From positions 1 to 26,859 of IMG/VR virus record IMGVR_UViG_3300042366_001597: a stretch of 26,859 nt of DNA. The stretch is one strand, 5' to 3'. The notes beneath the pieces were generated by a model. It worked only from the letters and a program-made list of their open reading frames with translations. It did no database searches and was not told the DNA's origin. The stretch comes from a virus (Duplodnaviria; Caudoviricetes). Within the stretch, counting starts at the first letter, position 1; every line of letters starts with the position of its first letter. This document shows, piece by piece, positions 5,903-15,122 of the stretch. Made by a program: the position numbers and the translations under genes.

Positions 5903-8900
5903 ATGGCTAGCTATCAGGCGATTATTGATCTTATCGTCAATGGCCAGACCGAGGTTGACAGAGTAATTCGTAGCACCGATCAACTTGCTGCTGCGATTGG
6001 AAGAATCAATAGCAGGCCGCTTGAGTTACAGCCCGGAAGAGCACAGCAATCTGTTGAAAGGCTTACAAGAAGCCTGCGGGGAATTGACCGCCAAGTAGAA
6101 CAGGCGACAGCTCATCTTGCGCCCCTGAGAGATAACTTTCAGATGGTGTCAAGAGAAGCCGGTAATCTCGACAGGGCACTGCAAAGAAATAGTAGAAGTC
6201 TGGAGATAAACAGAAGACAGTCTGATATTTACGGAAATGCCGTAAGGAATGCAGCCGCAGGCTCTGAAGAACTCCAAAGAGCCTCATTTCGCCATTCGTT
6301 AGTTGTTGGGCGAACCAACAGATTAACCGAGCAGCGAACTCAGCTCGAACGCAGAAGGGCGGCAGTTGACGCCAGGATGACCTACCAGCTCCGTCAAATG
6401 GCGGGGGCTGAAGCCGATCTCGCCGAGGTTCAGGAAAGACGGGGGCAGGCTGCCGCGTCTCTTGGTAGCGCACGAGGCTTTCAGGTTCAGATTCAGTTTG
6501 CCAATCGATTGGCAAGCTCTTACATGGATATTGCGGTATCCAGAGAAAGGGCTGAAGGTACTGCCCAGGGGGCTCGCTTACCTCAGTTTCAGTCAACTGC
6601 TGGATTGCGCTCGGAGATTCAGTTTTTTGATAATCTCGCTTCTAGCGTTGCAACTAATACAGAAGCTTTTAAGACATTCACTATTGCCTCTCGTGCGGCA
6701 TCTCAGAGCCTCGCCGAGGTAAACAGAAACAGATTGGCGATCCTGGCAGAAGCTTTTACGCCAGATGATCCCTTTGGGCGCATGAGAGGAACGTCTGGGC
6801 GTCAGCTCAGGAATCAAGATGTCTCTAGGACGAGACAGGAGGTTGATCGACTAATTGCAAGCTTTGATCAAGTCCCCAGAAGCGAAGCTGGCCTTGAAGA
6901 CTATATCCAGAGGCTTGGAGATCTTAGAAGTGTTGTAACTTTCACCTCCAACGCTTACAGGCAGCTAACCGATCAGATGGCCAGGGTTCAGGCCCTCCAG
7001 GGCTCCATTCCGACCATGAGGGGGCAGGCGTCAGCTATCAGACCACTGCAGGGCCCCGCCTCGCTTCTTCCTCAGTTCAGTGTTCAGAGTGCTGAAAAGC
7101 AGGCTCAATTCCGCGAAAGGCAAATTGCGGATATGTGGAAAATGCGGGGAGGCCCCGCTCTGCCGACGGGATTCACGGAGCGCGGTCGCGTCTCTAATGT
7201 TTTTGGCAGCCTTGGCACTGGTTTTTCGCCAATTACGGGAGAATTACCTTCTACTGTTACTGCTGAGGGACAGAAAGTCAGGAATCTGATTCCCGGCTCT
7301 CCATCAGCACGACTTGAGGAAGCGCAAGCAAATCGAAAATCCACGGAAGCCTCTGTCGCGCTTGCGATGCAGAAGCAGAAGGCTATCGAAGCCGAGGCGG
7401 AACAACTTCGTAGGGGCACTGCTGCCGCGACCGCTCTCGGAAAGCAGAAGCTAAAAGCACTTGAACAAGAGGCCGAGCGTCTTCGCTCTGAGACACGAGC
7501 GGCCGTTGCTCTTTCTCAGCAAAAAACAAAAGAAGAGCAAAAGATAATTGCGGACATGTGGAAGATGCGAGGAGGACCCGAGCTGCCAGCAGGCTTCACG
7601 GAGAGGGGGAGAATTTCAAGTGAATTTGGTGTTCTTGGCACTGCTTTTCTGCCTGTCAGCGGCAAAATGCCTGGTGGGCAGGAGGCTGTTCCTGGCTCGC
7701 CCCAGGCGAAAAAAGAAGAGGCCGACCTTCAAAAGAAAATCAACAGTGCTCTTATCCAGCAAGAGGAGCTTCAGGGGCGCATTGATAGAGCCAATCTGAC
7801 CGACTTTCAGAGGCAAGAGCTAACAAATAGGCTTTTGTCTGCGAGAGACGCAATTCTGAAAGGTAATTTTGATACATCCAGAGCCATTTCTGGGCAGGTT
7901 GACCTAACCAGATACTCCTATGAGAGATACAACAGGGATCTTGTGAAGTCGAGCAAGCTTACATCAGATCTTGAGAAATACACGAAACAAGCTCTTGGCT
8001 TTGCAAGCAGGCTGGAGAGCGTTTCTCCGGCAATGTTTGATTCGTCTGACCTAGACGCTTTTGTTAATAGATTTGGGGAAATAGAAGGTATCTACAAAGA
8101 CCTAAATAAAGAAAGCAGGGAGGCTGGTAGGGACTTTGATCAGCGACTTAAGGCTACTGGCCCCTTCAAGGATCGCCTCGTAGAGCTGCAAACGCTCAGC
8201 AACGATTTAGCGATCAACTCTAAGAGGGGGGTGCAGGTAGACCAAGAGCGGGCCAAGGTTGCAAGTCTTATACAGAAGCTTGAGTCTGGAACGGTCCAAG
8301 CAAATCAGCAAAACCTAAAGCTTGTCTCTGATATGACGGCAAGCCTTAAAAAGCGCTTGGCTCTCAGAATCAGTGAAGCCAAAGTTGCCGGAACCTATGA
8401 GACGGGGCGAGGGGCTGCGGGTGCAAAAACCATCGCGCCCGAGCGTGTTGAAGATGCAGTGCGAAGGCTTCGAGCTAGGGCCAATGCCGTCGAAAGCGCA
8501 GCTATCTCGCTACAGGGCAAGGGTGCTGCCAATGCGGATCAGCTGCGCCTGCAGGTTCAGGAAAAGATAAACGAGCTTAAAAAGCTCGAAGGAAATATCA
8601 CACGAGACAATGCTGAGTCGGTCGCGAGAGATCTTGGTGTACTTCAGAGAGGCATTCTTGACATAAGCAATGCTCTTGGGGAGGCAAGAAACCAAATCAC
8701 TCAAGCGGCCAAGCTGACTGGTTTTGATAAAAGTTTTGAGACTTTCCAGGATTCTCTTCAGCAAAACAGAACGTTTTTTGAGAATGTTTCGCCCGCCGAA
8801 GCCATTGACAAGATTGTTAGAGAGTTTAATCAAGGGGCGCTAAAGCCAAGTGGCGGGGCTGACGTTGTTGCTGAAAGCATTCGCGATTCCTTTGTTGTTG

Positions 8901-11900
8901 GATTGAAGGACGGAATTCCTGATGCTGTTAATGCTGCAATTCAGTATAGCAAGTCAGTAATTAAAGCCTTCAGAGACAGCTTTAGGGCAAGGAGCCCATC
9001 TCAGGAAATTATTGACAAGGTTGTCATACCGATTGTTCAAGCATTTGAAAAACTCAAAGAGTTCACAGGCAGGGGAGTAGCTGCTGCGAAATTTTTTGCT
9101 GACGGGGTTGAAGGTGGTCTAAAAGTTGATCCGAGTTCTATTTCTGGCCCGAGAGGGCAGCTTAGTGACACTGCGACAAGAGTTGGGGCGTTTGTTGCAA
9201 GAACCTCCGCTAATCCATCTTCCTCTAGAAAGCTTGTCTCCTTGGCTGGCGAAAATATTCTTTCTTCTACTGCTGTAACAGAAGCTGCGTACAGAAAAGC
9301 CTATGAGCGTGGCGGAATTGTTCCGTCTATGTATCTTTCCGCCTCCGCGAGGAGAGGTCTTCGCGGCACGCCTGGCATTCCTGGCGCGGGCCTGGAATCG
9401 GCTCTGTTCAGTACAGCGCTTCGCACGGCATCTGGGACTGGCGCGTTTGTCGGCCCCTTGGGGGGCCCCCAGGGAAGGGCAGTAGGCCTCTCGACAATGT
9501 TCAGTCCTGAGATCGGACGTGGGACAGGACTGCCTTCTGCGAGCGTTGGCGCCCCGGCTGGGATTTTCCAGGTCCAGGCAAAGCAGGCGCAGATCGCAAC
9601 GGCTGGCCTCTATTCAATGGTCGGCGAAAAAACATTTAAGGATTTTTCTGCGAAGGCGACTGAAGTTACTGCTGCATCTGTGCCAACCGCGCTTGATAGC
9701 CTCAAGCAAAGCTTGAGTATTCTTGGGGCCGACCTTGGCAGCAAAAGTGAATCAATGCTTGCAAAGGGAAGGGAGTCTGGCCAAAAAATTGTAGAGTTTG
9801 CAGATGACATTTCTTCTCTTGGTAAGACGTTTCTTACTGGAACCGGGGCCGGGCGGGCTGTTTCCGGTGCTCTACAGTCCGCCCAGAAAATTAAGCAGAC
9901 ACTATCGGGCTTTCGCCCGGAAGGCCGTGAAGACATTGCCCCTTTACCGGTTGCCACGCTTGCAACCCCTCGGAATACGATCGCAAGCATTCAGGCCGAG
10001 ATTGACGAATTACAGCGCAAAACCGCTAGCGCTATAGAAGACGCTGGCACTGAAGCGTCTGGTGGGCTTAAGCGCCGCATCAAGGAGGCGGTCGATTCAC
10101 TTGGCGATCGTGTACGCGGTGGCCTGTTCGGCAGTGGTAGCGGTACTGGCAGTGGAGGCGGTCTTCCCCCATCGCCCCCAATCCCCCCAGGCGGTGCCCC
10201 CGACGACTTCGACGACCGCTTTGCCGCAGCCTCTCAGCAGGGCATACAGGGGCTCCTGGGTCTCGCAGAGCTTCGCGACCCATCCAAGGTTGCGACAGCA
10301 AGGCTTGAGATTCTATCAAGGGTTCTTCAAGAGGTTTATTCGCAACTTGATCCAGTTGCGCCAGGGGCTAAGCAACTCAATAAAGAGCTGAGAGAAACAA
10401 TTGGCACGCTGAATAACTTGCAAGCCAGTCGCGCCCCCGACGCTGACTTCCTGGTCCGCCTCACCAAGAACCCACGCTTGGCTGCTGGTATCAGCGAGGG
10501 CCTAATCGGTGGTGCCTTCCCGCTGCTGTTTGGGCAGGGGGTCGGCGCTGCAGCCGGTGGTGGCATTGGTGGCTTTGCCGGTGGTTATGCCGGTGGCGCC
10601 CTGGGCTTTGGTCTGTCGCTGATCGGTACAGCTGTTGGCTCTGCGGTTGATACCACTGTCAACAACCTGAAAGAGCTTGCTTCAAGCCTGAAAGAGCCAA
10701 CGGCAGCGCTTGAGGCGATGAAGACTGCTGGCCTGAAAGTTGACTCAGGACTTCAAGATCTTGTTGGCCGACTGGAGACTGTTGGCAACGCGGCTGCTGC
10801 GCAAGCGATTGTTTTTGCCGAGCTTGAGAAGCAGCTTGGCCCTGGAGCCGCAAAACAGCTGAATGCACTTTCAGAGGAACAGAAAAAACTTGACGAGATA
10901 AATCAGAAGCTCTATGCAGCTCTTTCCTCCGAGATGCTTCCACTGCTTACTGGAACAATCTCGATCATAAATGACTTTGCTGCCGCTCTTCAAAGAATTG
11001 CCTCCATAGACGTACCCGACTGGGTTAAAAACGTTGGAGGCGCTGCATTTAACGTTGCATCTGTCGTTAATCCCGGTTTTGGTCTCTCTAGGGCTCAATT
11101 TGAAAACGCAAGAAAGCGTGGCCAGGAGGCCGCAGAAAGGGCTGGTACTCCACCGCTCACTCAAGAAGGTCAAAGACAGCAGCAACTGCTTCCATTTCAG
11201 CAAACTACTGCTGCTCTCTCTGCCGGCCTTGAAGCGTCAGACATTGCTAAAAAGTACACTGATGCAATCAAGACTGCAGCGGAAGAACAAAAAGATCTGG
11301 ACAATCAAAGGTTTGAACTGATCGAATCTTACGAAAAATCAATTGCCGACATTAGGAGAGGGGTTGAGCAAAGAATTACTCAAGAGCGACTGGCTGTTAT
11401 CGCCAAAGAGAACGAGCTGTTTGCGGCTCAAGGAGAAGTTCGCCTTCAGCAGCTGCGCAATGCAAATGCCGAGCTGAGAGCCACTGTCTTCGGCAACGAG
11501 ATTGGGCAACAGCTTATTGATGCTGTTTCTGAATTTACAGAAAAACAGCTTTCGACTGAGAACGAGGTTGCAAATCGTCGTCGCTCTCTTGAGCTAGAGC
11601 TTGAATCCAAGCGAATTGAGATCGAGCAATACAGGATTGATGTTGCGAAGCAAGTTAGCGATCTAAATCTCTCAACTCAAAAACAGGTTGAGAAAATTAA
11701 CGACGGGATTCTGAAGAAAAACCAAGCCTATGACAGAAGTCGCTTCGAGATTGAAAAGCGAATCAATATCAATAACCTTGAAATCAAGAGACTTGAGGCG
11801 AAGCAGCAAGAAAATCTGTTTAGAGGTGCTGCCAATAATGCCAACCCGGCCATCGCTAAACAAAATCGCGAACTGGCTGATCTTTACGCCAATCAAGCCA

Positions 11901-14272
11901 CTTTTATCGAAGCTCAAAAGAATGCCGTGAAGAGCTTTGCTCCGCCCCCACAGCTTTCTTTCGGGTCGGTAAGCGCTAGTGCTTCTGTTTCTACTGCTGG
12001 GCTTGACACTGTTGCCGCTCGCGGCAAGCAACTCGCAACGGCTATTGCAAGTGTTCAGAACGAGCTGTCTTCACTTGTATCAAGTGGTGACTTCATCGGA
12101 TTCAATGCTCGCCTCAAGGAGATTGCGGACCAAGGCGTCACTGGACTTATCAATCAGTTCGAGCAGCTCAGGGGCGAGTTGAGTGATGATCCGCTGGGGG
12201 CTCAATTTGCAAAAATCGGAGAGGCGTTTGAGGCTGTTTCAAAGGCTCCCAAAATAGCTCCTTACAGAGAGCTTGTTCTTGAATATCAGAAGCTTGCTGA
12301 AGCCAATGTAAAACTTGGGGCATCGCTTGAGTTCTTCCTTGAGAAAGGGGGTCAGCAGTCCTCTCAGCTTGATTCACTGCGAGTTGAAATCAACTCTGCC
12401 ATCAGCGGCACCACGGAGCTTGAGAAAGCCATGATGGATCTTACTCAGAGAGGTATTAGTCCCGCCTCTGAGGAGTTCAAGATTCTCACTGAAAATGCAG
12501 CAAAGCTTGACATGCTGCAACAAAAGCTTCAGATCATCAACAACTTCAAGACTGCTTCGTCTGAGTTGACTCTCTCACTGCGCGGATTGATCGAAGGCTT
12601 CTACGAGCTTGGTAGCGCCTCTGAGGCCGTCAAGAGAGTGGGTGAAGAGCTGGGGCGTAAGAGTCTTGGTTTCGTGCTCGACATTGCATTTAAGCCCGTT
12701 GAACAGGCAATGCAGCGCACAGTGTTTGACCTGGCAGGAAGGCTTGGATTCGACATCATGCCAGAGCAGTTGCAACAACTTCAGGCAGTGCAACAAATTA
12801 GCGCAAACGTTTTTTCTATTAAGACTGGCATTGACTCAATGGTGAGAACGCTTTCTGTCTCCGCCCCATTTTCTGGAACACCCCAAGCAGCTATTGCCAC
12901 CAGAGGCAGGGTTGGGTTCGTTACAAATATGAAAGCCCCTGGTTACTTTGATGTCGGCGTAAGCGGTGCCTCTATTCCGGGTCTCGGCCCTATGGAAATC
13001 GAGAATCTCTTAATGGGGGCAGGAGAGGGCATTGCCGCCTATCAGAAGAGGCTAGACGATTTCTTTGGGTCTCTTGTCGGTTCCGGTAATTTGCTTGAAA
13101 GTGATCGAGCTGACTTTTTTGGCGCTCTCGGCGATTTCACGGAGGCGCTTCGCAAAAGCGCAGCTGGCGCCATGAATCAAATTGTCCCCGGCCCCGGATC
13201 TTCCGCTCCTGGTACTCTCCCTCAATCTCAGAAAGTCAATTACTGGGATCCCGCCTGGGGTCCTGTTCCCCTTGATCGAAGGCCCACGGTGGGCGAGCAG
13301 GTCGGCCCCCAATCTTCCATATCCGGCACTTTCACTGGTGTCGGTGGACCGGACTTGCCCTCGGGGCTAACAAATTCATTGCAGTTGATTGATAAATATA
13401 CAAATGAATCGATTGAGCTGAATACAAAAATGGCAGAGAAAGTGCAAGAAAATAATCAGAAGCTGGCTGGCACTGTTCCGCAATGGGGCAAAAACCTTGG
13501 ACAGGTAGTAACAGGCCTAAGTCTCGCTTCCTCTGCTGTTATTGGAATCGTGGGTGGAATTCAAAACATACAAAAAGGCGGGGTTGGAAATGTACTCAGC
13601 GGCATTGGCTCGGTTCTGACAACCGTTGGCAGCATCGGCATGAGCGTTGCCGGATTCATGAAGCCCTCCGGCTTTGGTGGGCCTGCCGCCGCTGGAAATA
13701 ATCCATGGACTAGCGCAGTTCAGTCAATTATCCCGAACGCAAACGGAAACGCATTTGAAAATGGCGAGCTGATGAAATTCGCTAATGGGGGAATCCTGCA
13801 ATCCCCCACACTCTTCAGCTTTGAGGATGCTGGGGTGACTCGCACTGGGCAGGCCGGTGAGGCGGGAACGGAGGCGATCATGCCCCTGAAGCGCACCAAG
13901 GATGGGCGCCTGGGCGTGGAGGCAGACCTCTCAATCCCGTTTGAGGGCGGCAGTCTGATGGTGGATGAGGAGCCTCCTACGACCTCCAGCGGCAGCAGCT
14001 CGATTCCTTTCCGCAGTCGCTCTGGCAGCACGCAGCAGCAGCCTTTGAGCATTCCGTTCATGAGGGCTGATGTTGTATCTGCTGAGTTTGGTGGAGACGC
14101 CGGGGATGGGCCGATCAAGTTTGAATCAACAGTGATCAACAGCGTAGAATATGTGACCAGAGCAGAGGCAGAACAGATTGGGCGTGCTTCGGCTGCCCGT
14201 GGGGCCGAATTGGCTCAGCGTCGCATTAAAAACAATCCACAGGTTCGTCGTTCAATCGGGATGTCGCAGTAA
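5903..14272 (+). CDS. Tail tape measure protein
   Basis: 2789 aa, A/L/E/Q/K/R-rich coiled-coil composition, positioned after the chaperones. Motifs: FRARSPS; Gly-rich hydrophobic segment IGGAFPLLFGQG...GFGLSLIGT; lambda-family C-terminus NANGNAF...FANGGILQSPTLF...GEAGTEAIMPL. Confidence 0.92.
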   Translation: MASYQAIIDLIVNGQTEVDRVIRSTDQLAAAIGRINSRPLELQPGRAQQSVERLTRSLRGIDRQVEQATAHLAPLRDNFQMVSREAGNLDRALQRNSRSLEINRRQSDIYGNAVRNAAAGSEELQRASFRHSLVVGRTNRLTEQRTQLERRRAAVDARMTYQLRQMAGAEADLAEVQERRGQAAASLGSARGFQVQIQFANRLASSYMDIAVSRERAEGTAQGARLPQFQSTAGLRSEIQFFDNLASSVATNTEAFKTFTIASRAASQSLAEVNRNRLAILAEAFTPDDPFGRMRGTSGRQLRNQDVSRTRQEVDRLIASFDQVPRSEAGLEDYIQRLGDLRSVVTFTSNAYRQLTDQMARVQALQGSIPTMRGQASAIRPLQGPASLLPQFSVQSAEKQAQFRERQIADMWKMRGGPALPTGFTERGRVSNVFGSLGTGFSPITGELPSTVTAEGQKVRNLIPGSPSARLEEAQANRKSTEASVALAMQKQKAIEAEAEQLRRGTAAATALGKQKLKALEQEAERLRSETRAAVALSQQKTKEEQKIIADMWKMRGGPELPAGFTERGRISSEFGVLGTAFLPVSGKMPGGQEAVPGSPQAKKEEADLQKKINSALIQQEELQGRIDRANLTDFQRQELTNRLLSARDAILKGNFDTSRAISGQVDLTRYSYERYNRDLVKSSKLTSDLEKYTKQALGFASRLESVSPAMFDSSDLDAFVNRFGEIEGIYKDLNKESREAGRDFDQRLKATGPFKDRLVELQTLSNDLAINSKRGVQVDQERAKVASLIQKLESGTVQANQQNLKLVSDMTASLKKRLALRISEAKVAGTYETGRGAAGAKTIAPERVEDAVRRLRARANAVESAAISLQGKGAANADQLRLQVQEKINELKKLEGNITRDNAESVARDLGVLQRGILDISNALGEARNQITQAAKLTGFDKSFETFQDSLQQNRTFFENVSPAEAIDKIVREFNQGALKPSGGADVVAESIRDSFVVGLKDGIPDAVNAAIQYSKSVIKAFRDSFRARSPSQEIIDKVVIPIVQAFEKLKEFTGRGVAAAKFFADGVEGGLKVDPSSISGPRGQLSDTATRVGAFVARTSANPSSSRKLVSLAGENILSSTAVTEAAYRKAYERGGIVPSMYLSASARRGLRGTPGIPGAGLESALFSTALRTASGTGAFVGPLGGPQGRAVGLSTMFSPEIGRGTGLPSASVGAPAGIFQVQAKQAQIATAGLYSMVGEKTFKDFSAKATEVTAASVPTALDSLKQSLSILGADLGSKSESMLAKGRESGQKIVEFADDISSLGKTFLTGTGAGRAVSGALQSAQKIKQTLSGFRPEGREDIAPLPVATLATPRNTIASIQAEIDELQRKTASAIEDAGTEASGGLKRRIKEAVDSLGDRVRGGLFGSGSGTGSGGGLPPSPPIPPGGAPDDFDDRFAAASQQGIQGLLGLAELRDPSKVATARLEILSRVLQEVYSQLDPVAPGAKQLNKELRETIGTLNNLQASRAPDADFLVRLTKNPRLAAGISEGLIGGAFPLLFGQGVGAAAGGGIGGFAGGYAGGALGFGLSLIGTAVGSAVDTTVNNLKELASSLKEPTAALEAMKTAGLKVDSGLQDLVGRLETVGNAAAAQAIVFAELEKQLGPGAAKQLNALSEEQKKLDEINQKLYAALSSEMLPLLTGTISIINDFAAALQRIASIDVPDWVKNVGGAAFNVASVVNPGFGLSRAQFENARKRGQEAAERAGTPPLTQEGQRQQQLLPFQQTTAALSAGLEASDIAKKYTDAIKTAAEEQKDLDNQRFELIESYEKSIADIRRGVEQRITQERLAVIAKENELFAAQGEVRLQQLRNANAELRATVFGNEIGQQLIDAVSEFTEKQLSTENEVANRRRSLELELESKRIEIEQYRIDVAKQVSDLNLSTQKQVEKINDGILKKNQAYDRSRFEIEKRININNLEIKRLEAKQQENLFRGAANNANPAIAKQNRELADLYANQATFIEAQKNAVKSFAPPPQLSFGSVSASASVSTAGLDTVAARGKQLATAIASVQNELSSLVSSGDFIGFNARLKEIADQGVTGLINQFEQLRGELSDDPLGAQFAKIGEAFEAVSKAPKIAPYRELVLEYQKLAEANVKLGASLEFFLEKGGQQSSQLDSLRVEINSAISGTTELEKAMMDLTQRGISPASEEFKILTENAAKLDMLQQKLQIINNFKTASSELTLSLRGLIEGFYELGSASEAVKRVGEELGRKSLGFVLDIAFKPVEQAMQRTVFDLAGRLGFDIMPEQLQQLQAVQQISANVFSIKTGIDSMVRTLSVSAPFSGTPQAAIATRGRVGFVTNMKAPGYFDVGVSGASIPGLGPMEIENLLMGAGEGIAAYQKRLDDFFGSLVGSGNLLESDRADFFGALGDFTEALRKSAAGAMNQIVPGPGSSAPGTLPQSQKVNYWDPAWGPVPLDRRPTVGEQVGPQSSISGTFTGVGGPDLPSGLTNSLQLIDKYTNESIELNTKMAEKVQENNQKLAGTVPQWGKNLGQVVTGLSLASSAVIGIVGGIQNIQKGGVGNVLSGIGSVLTTVGSIGMSVAGFMKPSGFGGPAAAGNNPWTSAVQSIIPNANGNAFENGELMKFANGGILQSPTLFSFEDAGVTRTGQAGEAGTEAIMPLKRTKDGRLGVEADLSIPFEGGSLMVDEEPPTTSSGSSSIPFRSRSGSTQQQPLSIPFMRADVVSAEFGGDAGDGPIKFESTVINSVEYVTRAEAEQIGRASAARGAELAQRRIKNNPQVRRSIGMSQ

Positions 14273-14739
14273 TGGAACTATGTAACTTCATGCGATTCAA
14301 AAGCAGGGATGGAGTTTACACAAATTGGGCTGCTCAGAATTTTTTTCCCGATCAGTCCAAGAGCTTTCAGGGGGCGTCCTATCGGTTTATACCAATAGCA
14401 GTTGCAACAAATGCTTCTACAAGGGGCGGTGATCGAGCAGAGGCGGCGATTAGCGCTCCAGCCGGCGAAATAACCAGCTCTGTTTTCAAAGAGGCAACAG
14501 ATGAAGACTGGCTGCTAGAAATTAAAACCGCAAAAATAAATAGATCCAGCTTCACTATTGACAATTTGCTTACCACTGAGATATGGGCCTGCTCCCAGGT
14601 TCAGTATGACATTTCCCAGAATGGAGTTGTACTTCAGCTTGCTTCGCCCCTTGATTCAGTGAGTCGAATTGGCGGAAGGTTTTTGTCTCAGTCTCTGGTT
14701 GGGGCACTTCCCACGAATGGAAATCTCGTGTTGCAATGA
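14272..14739 (+). CDS. Minor tail tip protein, gpL-like N-terminal domain
   Basis: 155 aa directly after the tape measure gene (TAATG coupling). AQNFF...FQGASYRFIPI resembles the gpL 'G..Y..PI' motif; LQLASPLDSV is also present. Confidence 0.6.
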   Translation: MELCNFMRFKSRDGVYTNWAAQNFFPDQSKSFQGASYRFIPIAVATNASTRGGDRAEAAISAPAGEITSSVFKEATDEDWLLEIKTAKINRSSFTIDNLLTTEIWACSQVQYDISQNGVVLQLASPLDSVSRIGGRFLSQSLVGALPTNGNLVLQ

Positions 14740-15122
14740 TTGACTATTCTAAATGGATTGGACTACCTCATAAGTTTGCCGCTGATCCCGATGATGGCGA
14801 GGGGGCAGACTGCTTAATCCTGGCCCACAAGATATTAACTTCTGCTGGCGCCCCGTGCCCACCACTTAACAGCGAATGGCTGCAACTCGCCCTTGCTAGG
14901 CAATGGGATCAGCTTGAGCAAGAGTGGCACAAGCACATGGTCGCGGTCGAAGCTCCCAGGAGCCTTGATTTGTATATGACGAGAAATCAGGAAACGGGCT
15001 TCAGCATTGCAACGGTCGTTGAGGACGGCGTTGTGTTTGTAAGCCATAGAAAGGGGGTGGCATGGATTCCGTTAGGATTGGTTCAGGGAAACTTTTGGAG
15101 AGTCCGCTGTGCTTCCGGCTGA
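14736..15122 (+). CDS. NlpC/P60-like tail assembly protein (gpK-like), likely degenerate
   Basis: WIGLPHKFAADP...GADCLIL matches the NlpC/P60 N-terminal GxPY...GxDC motif. Located between the L-like and J-like genes. Confidence 0.7.
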   Translation: MIDYSKWIGLPHKFAADPDDGEGADCLILAHKILTSAGAPCPPLNSEWLQLALARQWDQLEQEWHKHMVAVEAPRSLDLYMTRNQETGFSIATVVEDGVVFVSHRKGVAWIPLGLVQGNFWRVRCASG

